Of a DNA stretch of 64,000 bases, positions 51,176 to 60,600 are shown one piece after another. The position numbers and the translations under genes were made by a program. The notes beneath the pieces were generated by a model. It had not been told where the DNA came from and did not search any database. It was given only the letters and a program-made list of their open reading frames with translations. Positions within the stretch are counted from its first letter, which is position 1. The number at the start of each line of letters is the position of its first letter. Source of the stretch: Flavobacterium sp. (GTDB taxonomy: Bacteria > Bacteroidota > Bacteroidia > Flavobacteriales > Flavobacteriaceae); NCBI GenBank assembly GCA_031425295.1, contig JANPJB010000007.1, positions 1,459 through 65,458 of the forward strand. Reading direction: 5' to 3'.

Positions 51176-51766
51176 ATGAAAACTACAGAAAAAGAGGCAC
51201 CGACAAAAAATCAAGTCACAAGGAACGCAGCAAAAGGAACCGTTAAGGCAAAGTCCTCAGCAGCCGAAGGATTGCGTCAATTGTTTATAGATTCTCTGAA
51301 AGATATCTATTGGGCTGAGAAAGCCCTTACAAAAGCATTGCCTAAAATGGCAAAAAATGCCACGACAGAGCGTTTGGTCATGGCAATAGAAGATCACTTA
51401 GGAGTTACAGAAAATCAGATTACAAGACTTGAGGAAGTTTTTGCAATCGTAGGTGAAAAGGCAGTAGCCAAAAAATGTGATGCCATGGAAGGACTCATTA
51501 AAGAAGGCGAAGGCATCATGGAAGAAACCGAACCCGGGGCTGTCCGTGACGCAGGAATTATTGCCGCTTCGCAAAAAATTGAGCATTACGAAATTGCTAC
51601 TTACGGTACATTGGTAGCGTTCGCAATAACTTTGGGAGAAAACGAAGCTGCGGAATTACTCGGCGCTACATTGGCAGAAGAAAAAGAGGCCGACGTAACA
51701 TTGACGGAAGCTGCATATCACAACATCAACTTCGAGGCCGCAGACGCGGATGAAAACGAAGTGTAA
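51176..51766 (+). CDS. YciE/YciF (DUF892) ferritin-like protein
   Basis: LKDIYWAEK, HL..TENQITRL, CDAMEGL..EG, QKIEHYEIATYG, EEK.AD. Confidence 0.93.
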   Translation: MKTTEKEAPTKNQVTRNAAKGTVKAKSSAAEGLRQLFIDSLKDIYWAEKALTKALPKMAKNATTERLVMAIEDHLGVTENQITRLEEVFAIVGEKAVAKKCDAMEGLIKEGEGIMEETEPGAVRDAGIIAASQKIEHYEIATYGTLVAFAITLGENEAAELLGATLAEEKEADVTLTEAAYHNINFEAADADENEV

Positions 51767-51787
51767 AATTTGGTTTTTGTTAGATGG

Positions 51788-51824
51788 GCCCGTAAGATTT
51801 TCGGATTTTGCGGGCTTTTTTTTT
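51788..51824 (+). terminator. Intrinsic terminator after the DUF892 gene
   Basis: GCCCGTAAGA-ttttcgga-TTTTGCGGGC followed by a T-run. Confidence 0.75.
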
Positions 51825-52024
51825 GTAGTTGCGAATAAATTTTTTAAAACCACGTTCAGCTTAAATCAAATTGTGCTACGTACAAAACAAATTTTAGTTC
51901 GGAAGTATAACCAATTTTAATGGATGATCCGCGATTGATACGGTAAGATTAATAAACTATAAAACGACAATCGATTTCATAAAAAAACCTGAAGAAATTC
52001 AGGCTTTTTATTTTTAATGAAGGA

Positions 52025-53194
52025 TTATTTCCAAGGATCAAGTACTATCTTCACGCAACCATCTTCTTTATTATTGAAGATATCGTAGGCGTGCGCAATT
52101 TCCGAAAGTGGCAAACGGTGTGTAATGATATCATCCAATTGTACTTTCCCGCTGACCACATATTCCAATAGCTTGTCGATATGTTTGTGAGCCGGTGCCT
52201 GACCGCCTTTCAGAATAATGCCCTTATCGAAAAATTGTCCGACCGGAAAATTATCGTACAAATATGGATATACGCCCAATACGGATACGATACCGCCACG
52301 GCGTACGGCACTCATACAGGCTTCCATCACTTTTGTAGATCCCTTCTCTAAATTTAGGACGGATTTCGCACGATCGAGGAAACTTCTATCGGGTTCAAAG
52401 CCAACCGCATCAATGCAAACATCTGCGCCGCGTCCTTCAGTCATTGCACGGACGCGTGCCACAACATCTTTAGCATCATCATCCCAAAGAATCGTTTCTG
52501 AACCTGTGGTCGTAGCTGCTTTATCCAACCTGTATTTTAAAGTGTCGATAACGATAACCCGTCCAGCTCCGCGAAGCCATGCACTTTTTGCTGCCATCAA
52601 ACCAACGGGTCCGGAACCAAAAATGGCGACCGTTTCTCCGCCTTTGACTTCACCCCAATCGACGCCTGTATATCCGGTCGGAAATATATCAGTCAGGAAC
52701 AAAACCTGCTCATCGGTGAGGTTGTCCGGTACCACGCGGGGTCCGAAATTCGCGTATGGTACTCTTACGTACTGTGATTGTCCTCCGTCATAACCTCCGT
52801 ATAAATCTGTATAGCCGAACATTCCACCTCCTTTTTCAGTTAAAACTTCGCCTTCAGGACCGTAATGTTCGGGATTGCTGTTTTCACAATGTCCGGGTAG
52901 ATCGTGGCTGCAAAAAAAACAACCACCACAGGCTATTGGAAAAGGAACCACCACGCGATCGCCACGCTTTAGGTGCGTCACACCACTACCGACCTCCTCA
53001 ATGATGCCCATAAATTCATGCCCTAATACCATGGGACGTGGTTGTGGAATTCCGCCTGAAAAAATATGCAAATCGGAACCACATATGGCAGTCGACGTTA
53101 CCTTTAAAATGATATCATCTGTTGCTTTTAATTTTGGGTCGTCGACATTATCGTAAGTGATTTTACCGGGACCGTGTATGACTGCTGCTTTCAT
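52025..53194 (-). CDS. Zn-dependent alcohol dehydrogenase (glutathione-independent formaldehyde dehydrogenase-like)
   Basis: Likely start MKAAVIHG at 53194; ICGSDLH, LGHEFMG, CGGCFFC...C, FGSGPVG, DAVG. Confidence 0.92.
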   Translation of the reverse strand: MKAAVIHGPGKITYDNVDDPKLKATDDIILKVTSTAICGSDLHIFSGGIPQPRPMVLGHEFMGIIEEVGSGVTHLKRGDRVVVPFPIACGGCFFCSHDLPGHCENSNPEHYGPEGEVLTEKGGGMFGYTDLYGGYDGGQSQYVRVPYANFGPRVVPDNLTDEQVLFLTDIFPTGYTGVDWGEVKGGETVAIFGSGPVGLMAAKSAWLRGAGRVIVIDTLKYRLDKAATTTGSETILWDDDAKDVVARVRAMTEGRGADVCIDAVGFEPDRSFLDRAKSVLNLEKGSTKVMEACMSAVRRGGIVSVLGVYPYLYDNFPVGQFFDKGIILKGGQAPAHKHIDKLLEYVVSGKVQLDDIITHRLPLSEIAHAYDIFNNKEDGCVKIVLDPWK

Positions 53195-53296
53195 AATTAT
53201 TTTGTGTTTTATAGATGAAGTGAACCAAGATTCTTCACCATATTGATTTATTATACGTGCAGCTTGGTAAGCTGGCTCCTCCGAAAGATTTTGAAA

Positions 53297-53322
53297 CAAA
53301 AACCGCTGCGTTCCAGCAGCGG
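53297..53322 (-). terminator. Intrinsic terminator after the acidic low-complexity gene
   Basis: Minus strand CCGCTGC-tggaac-GCAGCGG followed by TTTTTG. Confidence 0.7.
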
Positions 53323-53332
53323 CAGTTAGTCT

Positions 53333-53896
53333 TTAAAGGCCGGGTGTCCTTGTAGTCCCATATCCTCCGCCTTCATTATTTTCCGAATCTTCAAAATCAT
53401 CTTCGTCCTCAAGATCATTTTCAGCGTCGTCATCTTCAAAATCATCTTCTTCAAAATTATCATCTTCAAAATTATCTTCTTCCGTATCATCATCTTCCAT
53501 ATCATCTTCATTCGTGGCGTTTTGATCTCCGCTATTGTACGTTCCGGAGTTGTCCGGGCCTGAACTTCTAGGACCTGAAGTGACGGAATTCCCTGATTCA
53601 GAGTAATCGGCGTTTCCTGATCCGGTTTTGGTAAAGTCCCCTTCACCACCATAATTGGCGGCATCAGCGTTGTCAGAGCGTGTATTTGGGGAGTTGCCAG
53701 AATTGCCCCCATAATTTCCAGAGTTTGAATTGTTAGCATTGGTGCTACCGGAATTCGCGGCGCTTAAATTGCTTCGTTCGTTTTCGGAATATTGCGATTG
53801 GTCCTTATTTCTTGATGGCAAACCCGATTGTTGCGCGTCGTTTTGCTGCGAATTACGATCGTTTTGATCATAATTTCTGTTGCTGTTATCTTCCAT
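53333..53896 (-). CDS. 187-aa low-complexity, predicted disordered protein (N/S/G-rich, acidic C-terminal DDFEE repeats)
   Basis: Composition of the translation; own terminator; ATG 2 bp after an upstream sORF. Confidence 0.7.
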   Translation of the reverse strand: MEDNSNRNYDQNDRNSQQNDAQQSGLPSRNKDQSQYSENERSNLSAANSGSTNANNSNSGNYGGNSGNSPNTRSDNADAANYGGEGDFTKTGSGNADYSESGNSVTSGPRSSGPDNSGTYNSGDQNATNEDDMEDDDTEEDNFEDDNFEEDDFEDDDAENDLEDEDDFEDSENNEGGGYGTTRTPGL

Positions 53897-53898
53897 AG

Positions 53899-54006
53899 TT
53901 ATTTGCTTTTTGTGGTACTTTTTTTTGCTGTGCTTTGTTCAGATTTGCTAGAAGCACTCTTTTTTTCCGATGGTTTTGCTGCCGGTATGGCATTGGTTGC
54001 TTTCAT
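53899..54006 (-). CDS. 35-aa Lys/Ser-rich small protein MKATNAIPAAKPSEKKSASSKSEQSTAKKSTTKSK
   Basis: Manual translation; below the ORF-track cutoff; directly downstream of a -7 box and 2 bp upstream of the next ATG. Confidence 0.6.
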   Translation of the reverse strand: MKATNAIPAAKPSEKKSASSKSEQSTAKKSTTKSK

Positions 54007-54034
54007 AATTATAGATTTTTAAATTAAACTTTTA

Positions 54035-54072
54035 CAAAGTTAGCATGGGCTGCATTGGCTAGTTTTATATGA
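54035..54072 (-). promoter_or_regulatory. Promoter with TCATATAAA motif (sORF and disordered protein)
   Basis: TCATATAAA (54072-54064) N21 TAACTTTG (54042-54035). Confidence 0.65.
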
Positions 54073-54430
54073 AAAATTCGTTAAGTTATATAATTACCAC
54101 ACAACGTTTTGAAGTCGATTTTACAGTTAAGACCGTCAATGCTTGTAAAGTTAATTGCGTTGCAAACGCATTTATCAAAAGACTTGAATTCGATAAATCA
54201 CAGCAATAAAAGCGCACTCTTTGTGTAAAAAAATCTGTGAGGCGAAGTACACTTTCAGCATCAAGTAATCATAAAAAACCGACCATTTCATAACATTGAA
54301 ATGATCGGTAAATTATGAGTAGATTGCGTCTAAAAGAAAAGTTTCGGTTCTAGTTGTAATCGGAAGAAACGGCAACATTTATAGTTTTGTGGTATCATCT
54401 CCACAATTTCAAATTGAAGTACGCTTAAGT

Positions 54431-55714
54431 TTAAATGAATTCTAAGATTCGTTCCAGTGCCATTCCGCGAGAGCCTTTAATTAAAATCATTTTATCTTTA
54501 AAGGAAAGCTGTTTAATTTTAGCGGTAAAGGCTTCAAAACTCTCGTAAAAGTGCAGATGTGATCTTTCTAATTTATTTTGATAAAAGTCTTTCCCAATAA
54601 AATGACACTCGATAGCTTCTTCATCGAAAAGCAGCTCAACGATCCCTTTATGTTCCTCGATGCTTTCATTACCAAGCTCAAACATATCACCTAAAATAGC
54701 TACTTTGTTATTTTTGTGCAGTTGACTGAAATTAGCGATTGCAACGGCCATGCTGCTCGGGTTTGCATTGTACGCATCCAATATGATTTCATTCGAATTT
54801 TGGCGCACGAGCTGTGAGCGGTTGTTCTCAGGAATATAGTGTTCAATCGCGTGTTTGATTACTTCATTGGCTACACCAAAATACTGCCCGATCGTAACCG
54901 CTGCATTAATATTATTGGCATTATACAATCCAATTAAATGGGATTGCACTGCAATATTTGAAAAATGGATTTGTACAAACGGATCGGCATTAATCTGATC
55001 GATGTTCGTATTCGCATTTAGGTTTCTGATGCCGAAAGTAATGCGGTTCATAGCTTTGGTTTTATCAACTTGGATCACATCATCAAGATTCACAAAAACC
55101 TTCTTATCAGTCTTGGCTAAATACGTATACATTTCACTTTTGCCTTTGATCACACCTTCGACACCACCAAATCCTTCCAAATGTGCTTTGCCGAAATTCG
55201 TGATGTAACCGTAATCAGGCTCCGCAATGTCACACAAAAACGCAATTTCTTTTTGATGATTTGCGCCCATTTCGACGATGCCGATTTCGGTGTCAGCCTT
55301 AAAAGATAGTAAGGTTAATGGCACGCCGATATGGTTATTTAAATTGCCTATCGTGGCTTTGGTATTGAATTTTTCCGAAAGCACCACCTGAATCAATTCT
55401 TTCGTCGTGGTTTTGCCATTGCTACCGGTAAGCGCTATAATTGGTAATTTCAAATATTGCCTATGAAACTGAGCTAGCGCTTGTAGCGTTTTTAAACTAT
55501 CACTAACCAAAATCGTTCTTGAATCAATGAAATATTCAGGATTGTCAATGATCACATACGATGCGCCTTTCTCGAGGGCTTCTTTCGCAAAGGTATTCGC
55601 ATCAAAACGATCGCCTTTAATGGCGACAAACATACATTGCGGTTGAATTTTCCGGGTATCAATTGAGATCGAATGACATTGCAGGAACAGCTGATGAATG
55701 TGTTGAATATCCAT
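54431..55714 (-). CDS. murF: UDP-MurNAc-tripeptide:D-Ala-D-Ala ligase
   Basis: TGSNGKTTTKE, GNLNNHIGVP, EMGANH, DAYNANPSS, LGDMFELG, KGSRGM. Confidence 0.97.
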   Translation of the reverse strand: MDIQHIHQLFLQCHSISIDTRKIQPQCMFVAIKGDRFDANTFAKEALEKGASYVIIDNPEYFIDSRTILVSDSLKTLQALAQFHRQYLKLPIIALTGSNGKTTTKELIQVVLSEKFNTKATIGNLNNHIGVPLTLLSFKADTEIGIVEMGANHQKEIAFLCDIAEPDYGYITNFGKAHLEGFGGVEGVIKGKSEMYTYLAKTDKKVFVNLDDVIQVDKTKAMNRITFGIRNLNANTNIDQINADPFVQIHFSNIAVQSHLIGLYNANNINAAVTIGQYFGVANEVIKHAIEHYIPENNRSQLVRQNSNEIILDAYNANPSSMAVAIANFSQLHKNNKVAILGDMFELGNESIEEHKGIVELLFDEEAIECHFIGKDFYQNKLERSHLHFYESFEAFTAKIKQLSFKDKMILIKGSRGMALERILEFI

Positions 55715-55731
55715 AATAAATTTTAAAAAAT

Positions 55732-55753
55732 AAAAGCCCTAGAAAGGGCTTTT
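55732..55753 (-). terminator. Terminator-like hairpin after gldJ
   Basis: AAAAGCCCT-AGAA-AGGGCTTTT. Confidence 0.75.
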
Positions 55754-55774
55754 ATTAAATTATCAAATAAGAAA

Positions 55775-57493
55775 TTAATTTCTTGGTCTTTTCTTTTTGT
55801 CGGCTTTCGGGCCAACTCTAGACATTGCGCATCGGAATCCAATATAATCCGTTGCCATATCTTGCGGGAAGTATCTTCTTTGTGCTGGATCCAACCAGTA
55901 CGCTCTATCTCTCCAAGAACCGCCTTTGTAAACCCTTACATTGTCATTAACCAAAGTCGTTCTCTTGCTAGATTTGTCAAATTTTCTAACCATGTTCCCT
56001 AAACTATCGGTGGTAACATTGTGAACAGGAGAATCGTACATTTTATGTTTTTCTTTGTTCTTGGCATCTTCTTCTTCAGCGGAACCGAAATCAAAATAAC
56101 GCGTGGATTGTTTGTCTCCATCTCTGTAATTTCTTTCGTCGCTTTTGTCGAAGTTTTGTCTCAAGTAAGTTTCCTTTTCGTCAACTGGAACTTGCGCTAA
56201 CTGACCTGGAAGGTTACGCGCCATGATTCTACCATTAGATAAAGTATCGAACACTTGTGTTTCTGACGTTACCAACTCCGCTTTTCCGTCTTCCCCAATT
56301 TTGTTTTTGGTATAAACGTTTCCTCTAAAGTAGTTGAAATCACTAGCTTCATCATCCACGATCGGTCGGTAAACATCGGCAACCCATTCGGCTACGTTTC
56401 CAGCCATATCATACAATCCGAAATCGTTTGGCGGATACGATTTTACGATGTTCGTAATATCGGCACCGTCATCAGACCACCCTGCAATACCACCGTAATC
56501 CCCTTTTCCTTGTTTGAAGTTAGCCAATTGGTCACCTCTCACTTTTCTTTTTCCAGATCTTGTGTAAGTGCCGGACCAAGGATATTTCTTTTGTCCTTTA
56601 TAAATGTTGTATTCTCTTTGACCTACATCCGCAGCTGCCGCATATTCCCATTCTGCTTCGGTTGGAAGTCTGTATTCTGGAAGAATCAATCCTGAAGATC
56701 TTTGAGCATATACATTTTTCTGTGCAGATTCTGTTGCCGGCTGATCTTTAGTTCCTCCCGTTTTCGCTGGTTTTGATTTTGAATTTTTTCTTCCTTTCAA
56801 AACGATTTTTTCATCGCCTCCGAAAGATTTTGAAGGTGCATTCAAATACGTTTCCGTACTGAAAGTTGCGTCGGCTTTAGCATCCAATACCTTTGCGTCT
56901 TTTTTCAAGTATCCTTCTCTTTCAAGTACATTTTCGTTGACACGCTCTGTTCTCCATTTGCTGAATTCGACTGCTTGGATCCAATTCACACCAACCACAG
57001 GATAACTTGCGTAAGCAGGATGTCTTAAGTAATTGTTGGTCATCGTTTCGTTGTAACCCAAACGGTTTCTCCAAACTAACGTATCAGGAGAAGCGCCTTC
57101 ATAAATGTTTTTATAGTTCTCTTGATCTGGTGGAAAAACACGTTTCAACCAATCTAAGTATTCCATATACATTAAATTTGTTACCTCGGTCTCATCCATA
57201 TAGAACGATTGAACGTGCTGTTGATTTGGTGAATTATTCCAATCATGCATAACGTCATCCTGCACTTTCCCCATTGTAAAAGTTCCACCTTCTACCATAA
57301 CTAAACCAGGACCGGTCTCTTGCTTTTTAAAATTAGAAGCATATTGAAAGCCTCCTTTTTTGTCATTAATCTTCCAACCTGTTGCCGTTGATGAATTTTT
57401 TGAGCTAGACTTTTTACTACAGCTGGTAGTAATACTAAACACTACCATTAAAGATAGTAAGAGTTTGGCTGTCATAATTTTGTTTACTTTCAT
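55775..57493 (-). CDS. gldJ: Gliding motility lipoprotein GldJ
   Basis: Lipobox TTSC, STATGW, FGE-sulfatase motifs (RLPTEAEWEYAA, YDMAGNVAEW, GFRCAM); divergent from porU. Confidence 0.93.
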   Translation of the reverse strand: MKVNKIMTAKLLLSLMVVFSITTSCSKKSSSKNSSTATGWKINDKKGGFQYASNFKKQETGPGLVMVEGGTFTMGKVQDDVMHDWNNSPNQQHVQSFYMDETEVTNLMYMEYLDWLKRVFPPDQENYKNIYEGASPDTLVWRNRLGYNETMTNNYLRHPAYASYPVVGVNWIQAVEFSKWRTERVNENVLEREGYLKKDAKVLDAKADATFSTETYLNAPSKSFGGDEKIVLKGRKNSKSKPAKTGGTKDQPATESAQKNVYAQRSSGLILPEYRLPTEAEWEYAAAADVGQREYNIYKGQKKYPWSGTYTRSGKRKVRGDQLANFKQGKGDYGGIAGWSDDGADITNIVKSYPPNDFGLYDMAGNVAEWVADVYRPIVDDEASDFNYFRGNVYTKNKIGEDGKAELVTSETQVFDTLSNGRIMARNLPGQLAQVPVDEKETYLRQNFDKSDERNYRDGDKQSTRYFDFGSAEEEDAKNKEKHKMYDSPVHNVTTDSLGNMVRKFDKSSKRTTLVNDNVRVYKGGSWRDRAYWLDPAQRRYFPQDMATDYIGFRCAMSRVGPKADKKKRPRN

Positions 57494-57693
57494 ACGTTAT
57501 AGTAGGTAATAAATTCGTGGCGCAATATAAGAATTAACCTTTATATAGCAACACATTTTAAAAAATTTTTCATCTCTCATAGCGAGTCTATAATCCGAAA
57601 CGCAAATTTATTTTTTTTATTGCTGACAAACTATCTAAATGATTTATTTTTACTTTTTGTAATATTTGCTTCTAAAATACGTTTCTTACATCG

Positions 57694-60600
57694 ATGAAAA
57701 AAATTGTTTACTTAATCACGCTTTTGATTTCTGCCTTGTCTTTCGCACAGCAAAAAGGCGAAATGACAATCAATTGGACGCCAAAATCCTCGGTTAACAT
57801 CGGTGAGGAAAAGGTTGCCGTACCGCAATTCAATCCCCTAAATTTCCAGTTTGATAATTATAATAAACAGGTTTTTTTTAATTTTCAAATCCCTGTAGCT
57901 GCAACTGTAAACGAAAGTTCAATTCAAATCACCAACATCATTTACGAATCAATAACACGTCAGGAATTGGGTGATATCGTCATTTCCAATATACCCGGCG
58001 CTCCAAATGCCGTTGCCAAAAACTTAAAATCTAGAGACGATTTGTTCGCCTTTATTTCATTGTCGCCTATTATTAAGGAAGGTGATAGTTTCAAAAAGAT
58101 AAAGTCGTTTTCGTATGCATTGACTTCAAGTCAAAATCGTCTTTTACCGAGCAACAATGAGTTCAGCGTGCTTTCAAATTCTGCCTTGAGTACCGGCGAC
58201 TGGTATCGTTTTTACGTCGTTAAATCGGGCGTATACATCCTGACTAAAAGTTTCTTGAGCGGAATGGGCGTCAACCTAGACGGCGTTGATCCACGAAAAA
58301 TAAAAATCTACGGCAATGGCGGCCGTATGATTCCCTTAAAAAACAGCACCTATTATCCCGCTGATCTAGCTGAAAATGCCATTCAGGTTGTTGGAGAAGC
58401 AGATGGCGTTTTCGACAATGCTGACTATGTGCTGTTCTATGCCGAAGGTGTCGATCAATGGAATAAAGAAAGCCAAACTACCAATAATTTATACGATTCG
58501 AAAGCGTTTTACTATGTCAATATCCAAGGTAATGACGGCAAGCGAATCACAGAAATGGTGCAACCTTCCGCTCCTAGCGACATTGTTCTGAATACGTTCG
58601 ACGATTATCAATACCATGAATTGGACAAAGTGAATATTGTCAGATTGGGCAGACGCTGGTTTGGGGAACAGTTTGATTTTACTGACCAGCAGGATTTCGA
58701 TTTCAGCATTCCGAACATCAATACGACTACACCGGTCAACCTTTACATTTATGCTGCCGCAATTTCATCAATCGCAACTTCAATGGAAGTAAAGTCCAAC
58801 GGAACCGTCGCCGGCAATATCCCGTTCTCCCCGGCAGGTTCATCGGTCCGAGCAGATTGGTCGATATTGAGCACCAATGTACCGGCATCTGACAACATCC
58901 GAATCACTCTAAAGTACAATAATAATGGCGTGCCCGACTCTAAAGGTTATCTCGATTACATTCAATTAAAATCAAAAAGAAACCTTATCGGTTATGGAAA
59001 GCAGTTTGCTTTTCAATATGATTTGGCCGCTACGAGCACACAGATAGGGGAATTTCAAATTGCCAACGCCGCAGCGATTTCTCAGGTTTGGAACGTAACC
59101 GATTTATATAATGTGACCAAAGCGACCAACAATAATCAAGGTACTTTTTCATTCAAGACCAATTTTGGAACCATCCAAAAATTTGTTGCGCATGATCCTG
59201 CCGATTATTACACACCATTGGTAGAGTCAAGGACTCGCGTTGCAAACCAGAATATCAAAGGCACCATTTTTCTGAGTGCTCAAAATCAATTTCAGGACAT
59301 CGATTACTTAATCGTTTGCCCTGCATTTTTAAAAGCCCAAGCTGAAAAACTCGCCAATTTCCACAGGAATAATTCGCAGCTGAATGTTAAAGTAATGACG
59401 CTTGATGCTATTTATCATGAATTCGCTTCCGGAAAGCAAGATATCGGTGCGATCAGAAACCTTGTGAAGTATATCTATTTCAATGCGTCGGCTCCCGCCA
59501 ATCGAATCAAGTATGTCAATCTTTTTGGCGATGCTTCATACGATTTCAAAAATAGAATTTCGGTTTCAGCGAATATTGTTCCTATATATCATGCTTTGAA
59601 CAGTTACACAGTTGATCCGAGTTCGTTTGCTTCTGATGATTATTTTGGTTTGATGGATGACAACGAAGGTGATCTCGACGCTTCTTACCCGACGAAAATC
59701 GGACTCGTAGATGTTGCCGTTGGCAGAATGATCGGCAATACTGCGACCCAAGCCGATGAACTGGTCAACAAAGTCATTGAGTATCATGACATACAATCTT
59801 ATGGAAGTTGGCGCAACAATATCGTCGTTGTGGCGGATGATGCTGACGAAAATAGCGATAGCAGTTTGCAGACCAATATCAACAATATGGCGGAAACGAT
59901 TGTTGCACAAAAACCATTTCTTAACTACGAAAAAATATTAATGGATTCGTACGTTCAGGAAACTTCTGCCGGTGGAAGCCGTTATCCTAAAGCCCGTAAA
60001 GACCTATTTGACTATTTCGAAAAAGGTACTTTGGTGCTGAACTATCTCGGGCATGGTGGTGAAGATGGCTTGTCGCAGGAACGTATCTGGGAAAAATCAG
60101 ATGGTCAGAATTTGAGCAATCGTTTTAAATACCCGCTATTCATTACGATTACCTGTGAATTTTCAAGATTCGACAATCCGTTCCGACCGACCGCAGGAGA
60201 ATTTGTTTATTGGAATCCAAAAGGCGGCGCGATTTCGATGATCACTACAATCCGCGAAATTTACCAGTCGACCGGTGAAAATTTCAACGATGTATTGGCA
60301 CGCTACCTTTTTTCATACGGATCTAATCAATATGTATCCATAGCGGAAGCACTGCGACTGGCCAAAAATGCTTTTGCGCCGCGTACTGATGTTGTCTTTT
60401 ATTTAGGAGATCCTGCATTGAAACTCGCCATTCCACAACCTCAAATCAATCTTACGAAGGTCAATGATGTTCCGGTTACAGGGCCGATTGATGACTTCAA
60501 ATCATTGTCGTACGTTAAACTTAGCGGTGAAGTAACCGACGAAAACAACAATCCACTTCCTGCCTACAATGGCGAATTGTCGGTGCAGGTGTTCGATAAA

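Noticed and set aside
54010-54430. attR / duplicated tRNA 3' end or integrase marking the right end of an island
   Set aside because: No copy of TTCGAATCCAGTATGGCCCA and no recombinase-like ORF is visible.
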